Notes: generated by a model from the letters alone, not told the origin. 63,996 bases of DNA, filler included, from Reclinomonas americana ATCC 50394 (GCA_048213135.1; 14 parts of 14 records of this genome joined end to end with filler, not necessarily neighbours in it); one strand, 5' to 3'; numbered from the whole stretch's first letter, positions 50,368 to 62,499 are shown. Numbers and translations are program-made.

Positions 50368-51086
50368 CTCCAGTGCAATACCCGTTCTGCAGCAGTGCAC
50401 GCGAGACGTCAGTTTGTTTACCAAGAAACGCAGCTGCAGCGCGAGAGAGAGAGAGAGAGAGAGACGCAACTTTCTGGCCAGCGTGCGAAAGTGCTCCGAC
50501 TTGGAGGCCTTGTAGATTTCCGAATGGTGCGCCGTCTCGTGCAACTTGCGGCCCCCACTCGTCTCAAACAACCGCAAACACTCCTCCGCCCTAATCACAC
50601 ACGCACACACAGAGTCGGTCCTCCACGTTATTGCAGCGTCCCTTTTCTCTCTCCCTCCAGCCTACCACTCGGGCTCATCGCAGCAACTGACCCACGCCAC
50701 CGTGACGCCCTCCCAGTGATCCGCCGTGTGCAACTCGTGCAGGATGTTCTGCGAGTCGCCCATCAGATTGACTTTCTGGCCCTTGCGATCGACTAGTTGC
50801 CCGCTGTGCTTGCCGCTCTTGAAGGGAGCTCCCCCGCCCCACAGCTGGTACATTTCCGGGTACCATATGGTGCCGTCTGGGATGAGCAGGGTGAGACAGA
50901 GAGAGAGAGAGAGAGAGAAGGAGGCATGCGCACATGAATGCATGCACACAGGCACTCACCGAGATCAAATGCCACCAGCTTTGGTCGCACGTGGAGGCGT
51001 GCGGCAGTGGATGACGAGGAGGAGGAGGAGGAGGAAGCCATTCTTGTGTTGATGGGTGTCAACAGTCGTGCCGCGAATGGCAGCAT
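50368..51086 (-). CDS. MDP1: Magnesium-dependent phosphatase 1 (HAD IIIC), 3' partial
   Basis: PKLVAFDLDGTIWYPEM, GAPF, VS..DEPEWA, EIY..SK..HF..L..KTGI. Confidence 0.9.
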
Positions 51087-51487
51087 GGCGCCAGCGAACA
51101 CACAGACGGCGAGAGCCACAAACACGAACCTGCGAGACAGTTTGAGCGGCAAGTGCGCTTGCTTCACAATCACCGACGAAAGCACGCAAGGCCAAGCAAG
51201 TGCAGGACAATTGCAAATGCATGCATTAGTCCCCTTCTTTCTTTCTCTCTCTCTCTCTTCTGCCAGGGTTGCAGAACGACACCCAGGGCATTCGTGGTGT
51301 TGAACGCAGCACACCTGCATTTGCCCCTTCTTTTTTCTCATGACATAAACGTCGCAAAGAGCTTAATCGGGCTGTCGGGTTGTCGGAATGCCGGGAATCG
51401 GCTGCAGTCCCGTCATCAATCTTGTCAACCCAAGATTATTATACGACTTTCCGAGAGCGAAGAACGAGACCCACAACGATAACGACC

Positions 51488-52429
51488 ATGACGACCATGA
51501 CGACGACGACGCACGACGGAGGAGTGGAGCTGGAGTGGAGCGCCGTGGGCACGCCGTCTTTCAGTGTGCCGGTGTCGCGATCGCCGACCCTGGCACAGTT
51601 CGTGGCCGTGGCCGACGCGCAGCTGGCGGGTGTGTGCGGCGACGATCTGGATGGAGAGCGAGCCGCATTTGGCCACCTTGGTGTCGCACTGCGACAGCCG
51701 GGTGTGCTGAGTGCGGTGCTCACCGACGTGCTCCACGATCCGACGCGCTTGGCGACGGTGGTGGCCGACTCGGTGCGCCATCCGCTCGGCTTCTTGCGCA
51801 TTGTGCTGACGGTGGGTGACCACTTCCGCATGCGCCTCCACTACTTCCCGCCGGCCTCGGCGTCGGTAACCAGCGAGTTCCGCGAGGACGTGCATCCGCA
51901 CAAGTGCAACTTTGTGTCTGTGAACGTGCGCGGCGCCTACGTCCACGAGTTGTGGGCGGAGTGCGATTCGGCTGACGCGGACGCTGCGTTGAAGCGCAAG
52001 GTGCTGACCGAGCGCGAGGACGATGCGTACGTGCTGGACGATGTGCACCGTGCTCCTACGCTGCCGGCGAAGCTCGTGCACACGCACGACTTCACCGAGG
52101 GCGACGTCATGACGTTGCACCCGACCGTGCTGCATCGCCTCTCGCAGGTGCAGCCGGGAACGGTGACGCTGACGATGCGTGGCAAGCCGCGGAACCAGAC
52201 GTTTATGCTGGTGGACGAGGACAAGGCGGCCGGCCTGGCCTCGCGAGTGCCGATGAACAAGCTGAGCGACGACGATGTGCGGAGTGCGTTGCGCGACGTG
52301 GTGCAGCACCTGCACGCTGTCGATCAGCAGCATTCCGGCGCCAGCGGAGCCCGACGGATCGATGTGCGGCTGTCCACCACAGCAGCCTCCTCGATGGCGT
52401 CGATGATGGCTTCCAGTGCGGCTGCATAG
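51488..52429 (+). CDS. Intronless cupin-fold metalloprotein, bacterial type
   Basis: Single uninterrupted ORF; SVRHPLGFLRIVL...RMRLHYFP...EDVHPHKCNFVS..VRGAY...LHPTVLHRL...TVTLT gives an HxH...H cupin metal site. Confidence 0.7.
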   Translation: MTTMTTTTHDGGVELEWSAVGTPSFSVPVSRSPTLAQFVAVADAQLAGVCGDDLDGERAAFGHLGVALRQPGVLSAVLTDVLHDPTRLATVVADSVRHPLGFLRIVLTVGDHFRMRLHYFPPASASVTSEFREDVHPHKCNFVSVNVRGAYVHELWAECDSADADAALKRKVLTEREDDAYVLDDVHRAPTLPAKLVHTHDFTEGDVMTLHPTVLHRLSQVQPGTVTLTMRGKPRNQTFMLVDEDKAAGLASRVPMNKLSDDDVRSALRDVVQHLHAVDQQHSGASGARRIDVRLSTTAASSMASMMASSAAA

Positions 52430-52636
52430 CCGAGGCCAACCCAGATGATATGATTTTTAACAAGCTCCAGCCGTGTCGCGGACATTCTCCCCATATGGAG
52501 AACCATTAGTTCTGCCGACACAGCTGCGAGCCATGATGATACGAGATGATACGATACATTAATGATAATAACGATGATGATAATAATGAAAGAATGAATG
52601 AATAATGATTGCACATAAAACTCCCCCTCTTTTTCA

Positions 52637-55600
52637 TTATCTTCTGGGGGCGGCGGCGGCAGCAGCAGCAGCCCCGGCTGGAGCAGGCGGTGCTGTATCG
52701 GCGTGCAACGACCGGTACACGTCGGCAAACTGAGCCGAGGTCAGAATGCGCCGCACCGCAGCACCAAACACCTTGTCCGACTGACACCGACAAACAAACA
52801 GCGTCAACTAACAACAACAACAACAAGCAAGAGAATCAAAGAACCCACCTCCAACACGCCCTCCTTGGCCGTGTTGTAGGTCGTCGAAAAGATCTCCACA
52901 ACGCGATCAATGGTCGACTCGATGGCCTGTTGAGTACGCCAGTGAGCGAGAGTGCAGAAAAGAAGAGAGAAAGCAGTGTGTATGCATGCATGCCTGGCGT
53001 GTCTCCTCAGTCGCCAGACGGCCCACGAACTGCAGCCATAGCCTGAGGTCCAACACAAACTGGTTGACCGCTGCGAGGGAGGTTCTCGAGGTCAAACAAG
53101 CGCACTCACACTAAATGAAAAAGACACACGTACCTGGTCTCGTAATGGTGACTCCCGTGGACTCGCCGTCGAGCCCGAGCGATACCCACAAACCACAGCG
53201 AGGGTCGGCGATAAAGTGTGCCGACTCCTCCACAAACTGCGTGAGAACCTCACTGATGCTCATGGAGCGGCGGTCCATGAAGAAGGGTCGCATCGACACG
53301 GCCGCGTCACTCAGAATGTGGCACACTTCGCCAAAGAACGAGGTCGGGGCCGCCTGTGCCGGGTCGGAGAACGGATGCTGTGGGCGAGAGACGCGCGCTC
53401 AGTCGACGGTGCACAGCATCCACCCCAGCACCACACACGAATGGAACGCAACGTCGGGATACGGACGAGCCGGTGGAAGCAAGTGGACTTTGGCCAGGCG
53501 CGTCAGCACCATGTGCATGTAGTCCGAGTGGAAGTCTCGCTCGCTGTTGCACAGATACTTGCGTAGTCTGTCCAGCTCCGGAATGTTTTGCTTCAGACGA
53601 CCCTGCATTCACGCACGACAGTGTGAAAATCAAAACCGTGGTGATCAAGCTGTGCGGCTCAGGCACGGAACCTTAAAGTCTTCAATGACGCGCGGCAGCA
53701 GGTCGTCGGTCATCGACACCACATTGGAGATCATGGCAAAGTACTGCGAGACAAAATACAGTTAGCGACACAAGCAAGTCGAGACGCGCACCGATCCAAC
53801 AACACTCACATGCGAGTGCTCCACGAACGGACACGAGTCGACCGAGAGCAGGTCGGCCAGACGCGAAATGTACTCGTCAAACACCGTGTTGATGCCACCG
53901 ACCACCTCCGAGTAAATCTGTGCGGCACAGGAGAGGTGGTGAGCAGAAACTCAACAGACGATGAGCGCATGAGAAGGGAGCGCGCCTCGGTGGACAGGAT
54001 CTTGGAGAGGTTGTGTGCAAACGACTCGGTGAGGTGGTAGATGGTGCGGCCGCTGGCGGTCAGAATCACACGCTTCTCCGTGTGCTGATCTCCGACGTCC
54101 TGCATCACCGGAACTTCACCAGCCTCCCAGGTCTCGGCAGCGAGAGACGACTTTGCGGCACACATGGAAAACGGGTGAGCGATCGGGCGAGACGAGGCCA
54201 ACAACAGAGAAAACTGCTTGTGCACCTTGACTTCGTCGCGCATGGTGCCGACCACGTGCTGAATGGCACCAATGAGGTCCCGCTTGAACAGCTGCTTGAG
54301 GTAGTAGTTGAGCGAGAGTCCCTGCTTCTCCAGCTGCCATGCGGGATCGGTGATCAACAAAACGCGGAAAGAACGAGAGAGTGAGGCCGAGACGAGACAT
54401 ACCGACTTGCAATGGCGATGTGCAATCTGCAGGCATCGAGCGGTTGTCTCGAACGCATCCGACAAGAACACTTGTGAGTGCAGCATCTCCGCAAACAGCT
54501 CCACCTCGCCGACGGCCCACGCAATCAGTGCTACACAAGGCCACCGTCAGCATCCCAAGACACTCTGTTATTCGTCGCACCACATTGTGTGCACGCAACT
54601 GGAAAAGTCCGACGTCTCGACCGAGAACAGCTGGCGGAACTCCTTGGCCGTGTTGTCGAGCGTGGAGAACACCAGGTACGAGATCTCGTCCGTGTACTGC
54701 AAAATGTCGCCCTGAAACTTGAGCTTGCGCACTTCGGAGCGGATCGACGTGGATCGGCTCTGCAAGAAGACAGCGCGCGCCTCGCTCGTGCGACCGAGTT
54801 TCACCAGCAGTACGACGATGCGCCGCGCCTCCAGTGTATCCAATGCCGGCACCCTGCACAGCACCACCGGTGGTGTTACTGCGGGGTGACGCTCGAAACA
54901 ACACCGACAACAACAACACCGACGCAACTGCAGCATGCTGAAGAGGGCACGGATGAGGCGGTCGCGACGTGCATCGAGTTGTGCGTGCAGACCCTCGACA
55001 TCAATCGACTTCCACTGGATGGCCGTGACTCGATCTTCACGACTGACTTTCTGGCCGGCGTTGCGCTTCGAGTACGAGGCCGCTGCGGGAACCATGGTTG
55101 ACGACGAAGCGCCACCGGCACCTGCACTCGCAGTCACCAGTCCGCCGGCGGTCGGTATGACAGCCGATGACGCTGCGGCAGCCGGCTTCACGGCACTCGG
55201 CGCCGAGTCGAGAATCGTGTATCCCTCCTCCAACAGCGCCAGTGCCTTCTCGTACAGCAGGCACGCGAGAGCCACGTCGACCTCGTCGGGAATGTCGCGC
55301 AGGTGTTCCAGCTCCTCCGACACCTCGGTGGCAGCCCTCGGCAAGCGGTAGTTGGCTGCACACATGCAAGTGTAAGCCGTGCGTGCGAGTGTATGTGTGA
55401 TGAGATCGAGCGACAAGCCTTCTTCCGGGTTCTCAAAGGCGAACCGCACATCACGAGACACGCGCAGAAAGTTGGCGGTCTCGCTCAACAGGTTGCCCAG
55501 TTGCATCATCTGCTGCTCCATGGCTGCTCACACGCAAAATGAGTCGTCGTCGTGCTCACACACATGCACAGCGCAAGGCGAAAACCAACCTGAGATCTCA

Positions 55601-56027
55601 CGCGCAACATCAATGAACACTCGATACTCCTTGTGCACTGCGCAAGAGAGTGAGCATGTTGGATCTCTCTGAGTGAGAGAGAGAGAGGGCGAAACGGAGG
55701 CACACCATGCTGCTTGAGTTGTTGCGACAATGCCGCCTTTTCTTCGCGCAATCGTCGCAGATGAATGCGAACGCGTCCATCCGTCTCTTGCTCAAACCTC
55801 GCCTGTGAGTCTGCACTCGAGCACGTGTTATTCGTATGTACACACGCGCGTGCGTGTGCTGCATGATGCACGCAACAATCAATGGGATCAAAGTCGCCTC
55901 TGGCAAACTGGCGATGACTGACAGTGTCGGAGACGGCACGAGCGACGGGTGCGCCTCCAGACGAGGAGGAGGTCACCCCAGAGCGCATGTCTGGTGGGCC
56001 TGTGCTGCCCGCACGAGTGCGTCGCAT
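52637..56027 (-). CDS. EXO84: Exocyst complex component Exo84/EXOC8
   Basis: Vps51/Exo84 N-terminus FDPIDY...LKQHVHKEYRVFIDVAREISAME; LRDIPDEVDVALA; LVKLGRTSEARAVFLQSRS..IR...L...GD...Y; LIAWAVGE; LEKQGLSL; about 13 introns. Confidence 0.85.
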
Positions 56028-56205
56028 GGCTGGGATGGTGATAGGGGAGACAAGTCCTGCATGACGATGCGATGTGCACAAGGAGGGTTTTACTTCGAGA
56101 GGATGCCTCCCTCTTCGTCTACGAGCCACAGTCCGTACGACCTCATCTTCACTTCCTTGGGTGGCGACGAGCTGTTGATGTGGATCTGCAAAGAAAAAAA
56201 AAACG

Positions 56206-58677
56206 TCAGCCGACTTCTCTTCTGCCACAAGCGTGCTTCCCTGACAAACGAACCACAACGAGGGAGCTCATGTCGCGCAGCTGCTCCGTCCACGGACCAG
56301 GCTTGCCCACCATGGCACGCAAAGACAGGCCACTGCCGACTTGGTGGCCGTCGAACCAGTCGAAAACCAGGCGCCCAAGCCGACCGTGGTAGTCGATGAG
56401 ATGCTGCAGCAGCATCTGCTCGTTGTGGGTGCTCCAGTGCACGTCGAGCAGGCCGAGTAGGTGCGTCACGAGTCGCATGGAGAACTGTGTCGGCCGCAAC
56501 GTGAAGACGCCGACATTGGCGGACATGTAGCGTCGTTGGTCGCCACAGACGCGCGTCACCCACGGAGGCGGTAACACGCTGCGACCCACCGTGTAGTTCC
56601 ACGGCGCGCGACGCCGCTCGCTCGTCGGCGTGCCCACCGTTTCCGCAAAGTCCATGGCCTCCCAGAGAATGTCGACTTGCGCTAGCAAGTCGGGGGCGGT
56701 GTGCTCGTAGTCTGCGTCGGCCAGCGCCGCGATGTTGGACAGGTGGCCGACAAACACCGCATCGACGTCCATGTGGAACGGTCGGTAGCCGCAGCGCAGC
56801 AGCATGTAGGCGTAGAGCCACTTCAGATTGATGGCGGCCGGGTACGACATGGGCAGTGGGCCGCGACCCTGCGACCTGCGATTGCCACGAGAGTGAGCAT
56901 GACGGAATGTCGCAAGAGAAGAAAGTGCGTGCGTGTGTGGATGCATGCAAGTACCAGCCACTCTGATCGAGAAAAGCGAAAGCAGGCTTGCCGAGTGAAG
57001 CCAGCAGCCGCAGCACTGTTTCGTGTGTCAACTGGTCCTCGCAGACAATCAGTGGCATCACGTGGTCGCCGTGATACATCCAGAAATGCAACAGCCAGTT
57101 GTGCGTCAGCTGCAACCAAGTGACGCTGTCGACGCCGGGTTCCAATTTCAGAATAGTGTACACGACAAAGCGATCGCTGCTGCCGGCGACCGTCAACACC
57201 AACGGGTGCGTTGTGAGGTGACGCGCGAGACGCGCCAGTTCGGCACGGTTTTCCCGGAAAGCCGATTCAATGGGGAAGAGCGACTGCGGCGCAGCACCGT
57301 GCGGGCGACCGACGGACGCCACCGCCTCAATCAGTGACCTGGGGGTCGTCAGCACCCTCCACAGGTGCGACTCGGTGCGCTCGCAGAACTCGTCGGCGTA
57401 CAGCTCGTAGAGTGGTTTCGCCGGTTGATCGCTGCTGTCGTCATTACTGTCAGCCACTCCCTCTGGTACAGATGATTGGCGCACCACCAGGCTGCGGTCC
57501 ACACGAGAGGGATCCGGCAGTGGTGGTGGCGGTCTCCAGAGGCCACGTGCGGTAAACACGCGACCAAAGTGCTCCCTCGCACACGATTCATCTCGACTGG
57601 CCAAACACAACGCAAGGGCGATTTGTGTTCGCGAACCGCGAGAGAGTGCGCCCGTCAACAGCTGTCTTCCGCGCGACCAGTCGGCAAGCATGGCACGGTC
57701 AACGTTGCTCGCAGTCGGCAACGTCGGGTCCGTGCGTGTGGGAGAAGCAACAGGCAACGTCCAGTGGCGTGGTCTCTGCGGACGTGAGGGTCAGCATTGT
57801 AGCCTACCTGTCACAATTGCTCGACTCACTAAGCGCACCACCGGCACGTGCACGCGGAGGGCACACACAAAGTCGCGGACGACGAGCAGATCCGGGTCCG
57901 CACCGACGAGGTTGGTCCACGCAATCTCCGCCAGTTTATCTCTCGACCAGCCAGTCCGCTCTGCGAACGCCACGACTACCACACCACGCCATGCCTCAGC
58001 ACACATGGAAACCCCGCCTCCAGCAGCACAGCCTTGGCACACAAACCTGTCTCGCGCACAGACTGTGCGTCGCCAAACATCACATCGTGCGACTGCTGGC
58101 CACGAACAATAACACGCCATCCCACCTGCGATCCGTCCACAGCATCCCGCGGCGCATCAAAATACAACAGTGGCTCCTGCAGCGTGCTGAACAAGTACCC
58201 GCAGCCGATCGCAGCCGCTCGTTCTCTCTACGATACATGCGTCGGCGACAAGTGCAATGCCAAGATATTCCGCCCTCAACACACCATCAGAAGCCGATAA
58301 GCACGCTGCTGTAGCGATGCGCCCCCGTGGCCCGCAAGCGTCACTGTGTGGCACACGATGATCAACAAATCATGCGGAGAAACCAGCCACCGCTCTCATC
58401 CGTGCGCAACATGCATCGCCCAACGTCGTCGACTGTTGCACATGCGTGTGCTTGCCTGTGTGGCGCATGATTATTATGCACGCAAGCTAACGACGCTTTC
58501 TTGACACACACACTTGATTGGCAAACCTGTGATCTCACTCAGCAGTCGCGCGACTGTCTCACTGCCGAGAGTGCGCACAAACGGACGCAGTGGAACTCCT
58601 CCCAGCTGCTGGCCGTGTACATGGACGACAACAAGAGCGACAACTGCAAGGAGCACGAGAGACACAGCTCTCAGCAT
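56206..58677 (-). CDS. Secretory-pathway GT-A glycosyltransferase (nucleotide-diphospho-sugar transferase, GT77-like C-terminal domain)
   Basis: Signal/anchor MLRAVSLVLLAVVALVVV; C-terminal K...LL.CGY...MDVDAVF (DxD), NVGVFTLRPT, NEQ motifs; N-terminal exons only partly resolved. Confidence 0.65.
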
Positions 58678-58729
58678 GCGAAAAAAGGCAAGTCCTGAAG
58701 GACAGTTGCTTGTGTGTTGGACGAGTCGA

Positions 58730-60874
58730 ATGTGGAGCATCGACCGCGCAGTGTTGCAAGCGGCGCACGAGTGGGCAAGCAGTGGAGACCGCCGATGCGC
58801 GTGGCTGGTGTCACCAGACTAGTTGCGCGCGCACACATGCACACACACGCACACTGCATTGCATGCTGACACTCACACACAGCAACAAGACCGCCATTGT
58901 GTGGCTTGTGCGATGCGTGTCGGCTGACTTGGAGCACGAGTGGCACGAGAGCAACTCTCTCTTGCCGGCGGGAGTGAGCATCTGTGGAATCGTCTCTCCC
59001 AAACGCGTCAATGTGCCAGCCTCGGTGTCTCTGGGACTCGTGCACGGTGTTGTCGACAGCGGTGCTTCACCAGTCGCGTGGTCTGTGGCTGGTGTGGAGG
59101 CAGTGGACCAGCTGGCAGTGCACGTGTTGCGTGAGGCTGTGTGTGTGGCCACGAGGACCACTCTGCGATCAGCGCGCTTTGTGCCGCGAGCGACGCATGC
59201 GATGCCTGTGGGTGTGCCGACGGCACTGGTGGCGCTGGCGGGGCGACGAGCGGCGACACCGGTGCAGCAGGTGTGGTCGGCGGCGGCAATGGAGTTGCCG
59301 AGTGGTCGTGTGGTGCGTGTCCTCTGTGAATAGTGTTTTTTCGCTGCGTCTCACTGCCGCCGGCAGGGCGTGCCTTCGTGCGTTCCGCTGGCGCTGCTGT
59401 ACTCGGTCGGCCAGCCACCTGCGGCGCAGGCGCAACCAGGAGGCGGAGTTTGTGCCGTGCGCAGCAGCAGCACCGTCAAGGATGCCGACAGCAATCGTGT
59501 ATTGTCGTTTGACTGCGTGGCCGTGGCCGTGGTCAAGGCCGACGAGGCGTCGACTGCCGAGGCAGTGAAGGCACTGGAGGCCAGCATGCGCCGACAAGTG
59601 GAGTCTGTTGGCGGCGAGGTGATGTCGACGGATTGCATGCATGTCCCTGTGTTTGTATGTGCGGAAGCTCACAAGCAGTCTCGCAGACGCAGCGTCTTCG
59701 CTCGTGCTGGTTCCAGCCGTCGCACGATTTGGTGGCCGCGGCCGCAGGCGCAGTGCCGCCACCGTTCCCCATTTGTCGCCAGTTTGCCGACAATGAGCAA
59801 GACAGTGCGGACAGGCGGCGTGAGGTGCATGTGCGTTGCAGTTTGCCGGACGACCGACCCTTTGTGAGACAGGCGCAGGCGCTGGACCTCGTGGAGTCTA
59901 GTTGCGTGCCTCCCATCCCCATTGCACGGATTGTGCACGCGTGCTGACATTTGCTGTGCTGACAACAGCAGCAGCGACGGCAGCCACGTCCACGGCGAAA
60001 TCAGCTGCGGTCGACGGTGGTGCCGGTTCATCATCGGCCGCGCCTTCACTGCAGCGGCGATTGCAGAACGTGCACACGACGCTGGCGCTGCCCGAGCTCG
60101 CCGGCAACCCCACAGTGTCTCTCGTGCGTGGCGTGTACGACTATTACCACTACAAGCAGGACTCGTTCGACGACGATGGCTGGGGCTGTGCGTACCGCTC
60201 GCTGCAGACCATTTGCTCGTGGTTTGTCCGACAGGGCTATCTGGAGAGCGATGGTCGCATCCCAGAGGGGTGCGTCCATGTATTGAGACGCGTTGTGTCG
60301 TCCTTTTCTGAACACCACCCACATGCAGATTTGTTGCCGTGGGAGTGCCGTCTCATCGCACCATCCAGGAGACACTCGTCAAGGTCTCCCCTCACATCCC
60401 TCTTCCCTCCTCCTTTCTCGCCCGCTGCTGACGAGTGGTGACGGAACGCAGGCGGGCAGTGCTCAGCGGTCACTCATCGGATCGCGACAATGGATCGGCT
60501 CACAGGAGGTGGGCACATGCTGCGAGAAGATCCTCGGCATTGAGTGGCGCGTGCACAACATGAGCCGCGGGTCGGAGCTGAGCGACATGAGCTGTGCGCG
60601 CGTGGTGCAAAACCATTTTGAGACGCAGGGCTCGCCCATCATGATTGGTGAGTTGTGGTAGGCGGTGAGCACTCGCTCGACTCCCGCCCTCCGACTGACA
60701 CCAAAAATGCAGGCGGTGGACAGTACGCGTACACGATCCTCGGCGTCGCCTTCAACGACGTCGGCGACGTGCGGTACCTGATCCTGGATCCTCACTACGT
60801 GGGCAAGGACGCGCTGCCGGCCATCTTCAAGTGGGGAGGTGTGGCATGGTTCCGACCGGCAGACAAATTCGATC
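58730..60874 (+). CDS. UFSP2: Ufm1-specific protease 2 (peptidase C78), essentially complete
   Basis: [70 protein letters not shown]. Confidence 0.95.
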
Positions 60875-60974
60875 NNNNNNNNNNNNNNNNNNNNNNNNNN
60901 NNNNNNNNNNNNNNNNNNTTAATTAATTAANNNNNNNNNNNNNNNNNNNNNNNNNNNNNNNNNNNNNNNNNNNN

Positions 60975-62499
60975 CGTGCTGCGGAAGCAGAGAGTCGTGC
61001 AGGGCTGCTCCGCCTCCAGCCGCACTGGCACGCTTGCTCCTTCCGCGGTGTGATCGACACAAGAGGCCTCGGAGGAACTGCCACCACTTGATGAAAATGG
61101 GAAGTGCCAGCACTGCACAGGCCACACCGAGGATACTGAGGCAGACGATCTTCTTGGCGCCGTCATCGATTGCAGAGGTAAAGACGCCGGCAATCGCCGT
61201 CAGACACATTAGACCAAAGGCCTACTCATGGTGTTTCGTCAGTAAACACGCCAACATGCATGCACTCTCTTCCAACATACGCACCTCTAGATAATTGTCC
61301 ATGTCGTGGTGGAACGCCTGACACCACGAGTGAACGAGCAGGCACACCGCGCATACACACCACAAGCCAAACGACAGATTGTCTGTGTGGCCAGTCGCCG
61401 CCATCGCAAAGAACACGGCGAGGAAAATGAAGCGCCGGTACAACTGGTAACTCTCGTACCACACGAAGCGCGGTTTGAAATGTGAGTACAGGCCGCCGAA
61501 ACGTCTCTTGAAAGACTCGTCTTGCAGCCGTGCCGGGTTCGCTGTGCGCAAGCGCACAAAAATCCATCCGGAGATGGCTGGCGCGGCCGCCGTCACCAGG
61601 AACACGGTGCCGTACAGAATCAGCAAGTAGAAGTAGGAGCCAGAGCACTCGATACTGGGCTTCAGCAGCACAACGCGCGTCTCGTCGACCGGGGTGCACG
61701 TGAAGTAGCTCAGGCACGTCTCCCCGATGCCCTCGAATGCGCCGACACCGAGCACCACGGTTGTGCTGATGTAATAATCGGGCGCAGCAGTGCGCGTGAA
61801 CCAGCGTAGCACGCGTCCACACAGGCCAGTGCGCTTGCGACTTGTAGTGCCGCTCCGGTGATCCGCGGTGCAGCACCGCAGCGCCCACGCCAGCGTTCTG
61901 TGAGACACAAAGAGCAGCCACAAGAGCGCCACATACACCAAGGGCATAATGAGGTGCCACGCCATGCTCAGCTGCGGAGAGACTGGGAACGGGCAATGCT
62001 CGTTGCCGAAAGCAGGCACCCAAAAGTTGACAATCCTGGCGCACATGTTTCGCAGGGTGGTGAGTATGCAGTAGAGCTATCAAGATATCTTGCTTTTCCG
62101 TTTGCATCTCCCTTTTCCCAATCATACACGCAACTTGCTCAGACTCAGCAGTTCAATGTTGGGATAGAACAGCAGCGCCGTAGTCTGCATCTCGAATAGG
62201 ATCATCTTTGTGGATCCGGCAACCTCGCCCTGTGACAACAGATGCTGCAAGCACGTGCAATCACTATGTGAGGCACGAGAATTCAACTAGAGGGGGCACA
62301 CGCACATTCATCGAACCTGCACGAACACAATGCCGAGCGCACGGGCAAACATGAACGCAGTAGCACCGGCATTGGCCGAGGGGCACTCGATGCACTCAGC
62401 GTTCCACTCCGAGTATCCTGCGCACATCACCATTTGTGCGTCAGAAGTCAACTCAGTACCGTTTGCAATCCGGGCGCAATACACTCTCATCGTGAGCAC
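60975..62499 (-). CDS. Multi-pass membrane protein of the protist Cys-rich + TRP-like/7TM type (both ends unresolved)
   Basis: GYSEWNAECIEC; YFTC...PSIEC; RFGGLYSHFKPRFVWYES...RR; QAFHHDMDNYLE; several hydrophobic segments. Confidence 0.65.

Noticed and set aside
51425..52333. 302-aa antisense ORF over the cupin, and many similar overlapping ORFs in the track
   Set aside because: Shadow frames of high-GC3 coding sequence with no recognisable motifs.
60715..60745. UFSP2 AYTILG in place of AHTILG as catalytic loss
   Set aside because: Catalytic Cys (GWGC), the DPH box and the oxyanion Tyr are intact; this His is not the catalytic one.
77..62134. GTTGCG introns as an introner (transposon-derived) family
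   Set aside because: Similarity is confined mostly to the first 6-7 nt (at most about 14 nt in one pair); lengths, bodies and 3' ends differ, and no TIRs or TSDs were seen. An all-against-all intron alignment would settle it.
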